20,764 nt of DNA, taken from the NCBI GenBank assembly GCA_964013405.1, contig CAXGWI010000054.1:1-20764 (forward strand), written 5' to 3'. The DNA is from an uncultured Myxococcales bacterium. Lineage in GTDB: Bacteria; Myxococcota; UBA4151. The position numbers and the translations under genes were made by a program. The notes under the pieces are model-generated. The model saw only the letters and a list, made by a program, of their open reading frames with translations. It was not told the DNA's origin and made no database searches. Shown in pieces: positions 20,510-20,764 of this stretch; within the stretch, counting starts at the first letter, position 1; each line of letters starts with the position of its first letter.

Positions 20510-20763
20510 TGGAGAGAGAGTACCATCAGCCAGCAGGCAGCAAAGGTAGCTCCGCTCCACGATAAGGTCCGTAAGCGATCATGATCAGCCACATAGGCAT
20601 AAAGATAGAGCAGACGCAGGCTGATCCAGACCAGGCTCAATCCGTGAATCCACAACGGATCACCGCCACCAAATCGAGCAGCGAGCAGCCCAATGGCGTA
20701 GACGGGCCAAGCCTCGTAGGTATTGTAATGGGCTGCCTTTGCTCGCTGCCCCCAGCCTTCGAG
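20506..20763 (-). CDS. MAPEG family membrane protein, 5' partial
   Basis: Not in the ORF track. My translation is LEGWGQRAKAAHYNTYEAWPVYAIGLLAARFGGGDPLWIHGLSLVWISLRLLYLYAYVADHDRLRTLSWSGATFAACWLMVLSLQ*, with the RA..AH.N..E and R..Y...Y..D...LR...W MAPEG signatures. Confidence 0.85.
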   Translation of the reverse strand, partial: LEGWGQRAKAAHYNTYEAWPVYAIGLLAARFGGGDPLWIHGLSLVWISLRLLYLYAYVADHDRLRTLSWSGATFAACWLMVLSLQ

Positions 20764-20764
20764 G

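Noticed and set aside
20517..20525. Extended -10 (TGGTACTCT, - strand) 7 nt before the DUF5916 ATG, suggesting a leaderless mRNA
   Set aside because: It lies within MAPEG coding sequence, and the ATGA overlap already explains initiation.

Overview
GC-rich, densely coding bacterial window with no rRNA, tRNA, CRISPR or mobile element that I can support. The Myxococcus-type cysteine-rich repeats and the Geobacter-type PutA suggest a Myxococcota or deltaproteobacterial host (inference). Left to right on +: two coupled Cys/Asp-rich repeat (DUF4215-like) surface proteins with near-identical stalks but unrelated C-terminal tips, then a fibronectin-III-like lipoprotein. On -: recQ, a LysM/peptidoglycan-binding/Cys-His hydrolase with no signal peptide, a Rieske protein with a four-fold His-bearing helical repeat, and acs. 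On +: bolA, a steroid 5-alpha-reductase, putA fused in frame to a DoxX membrane domain, a MenH-like hydrolase, a lipoprotein GH1 glycosidase and an ArsC/YffB protein. On -: a DUF5916/CBM9-like outer-membrane protein and a partial MAPEG gene absent from the ORF track. The strongest candidates for novelty are the PutA-DoxX fusion with its coupled MenH-like gene, the stalk/tip protein pair, the Rieske His-repeat protein and the signal-less cell-wall hydrolase. All family calls come from motif recognition by eye; no database search was run.
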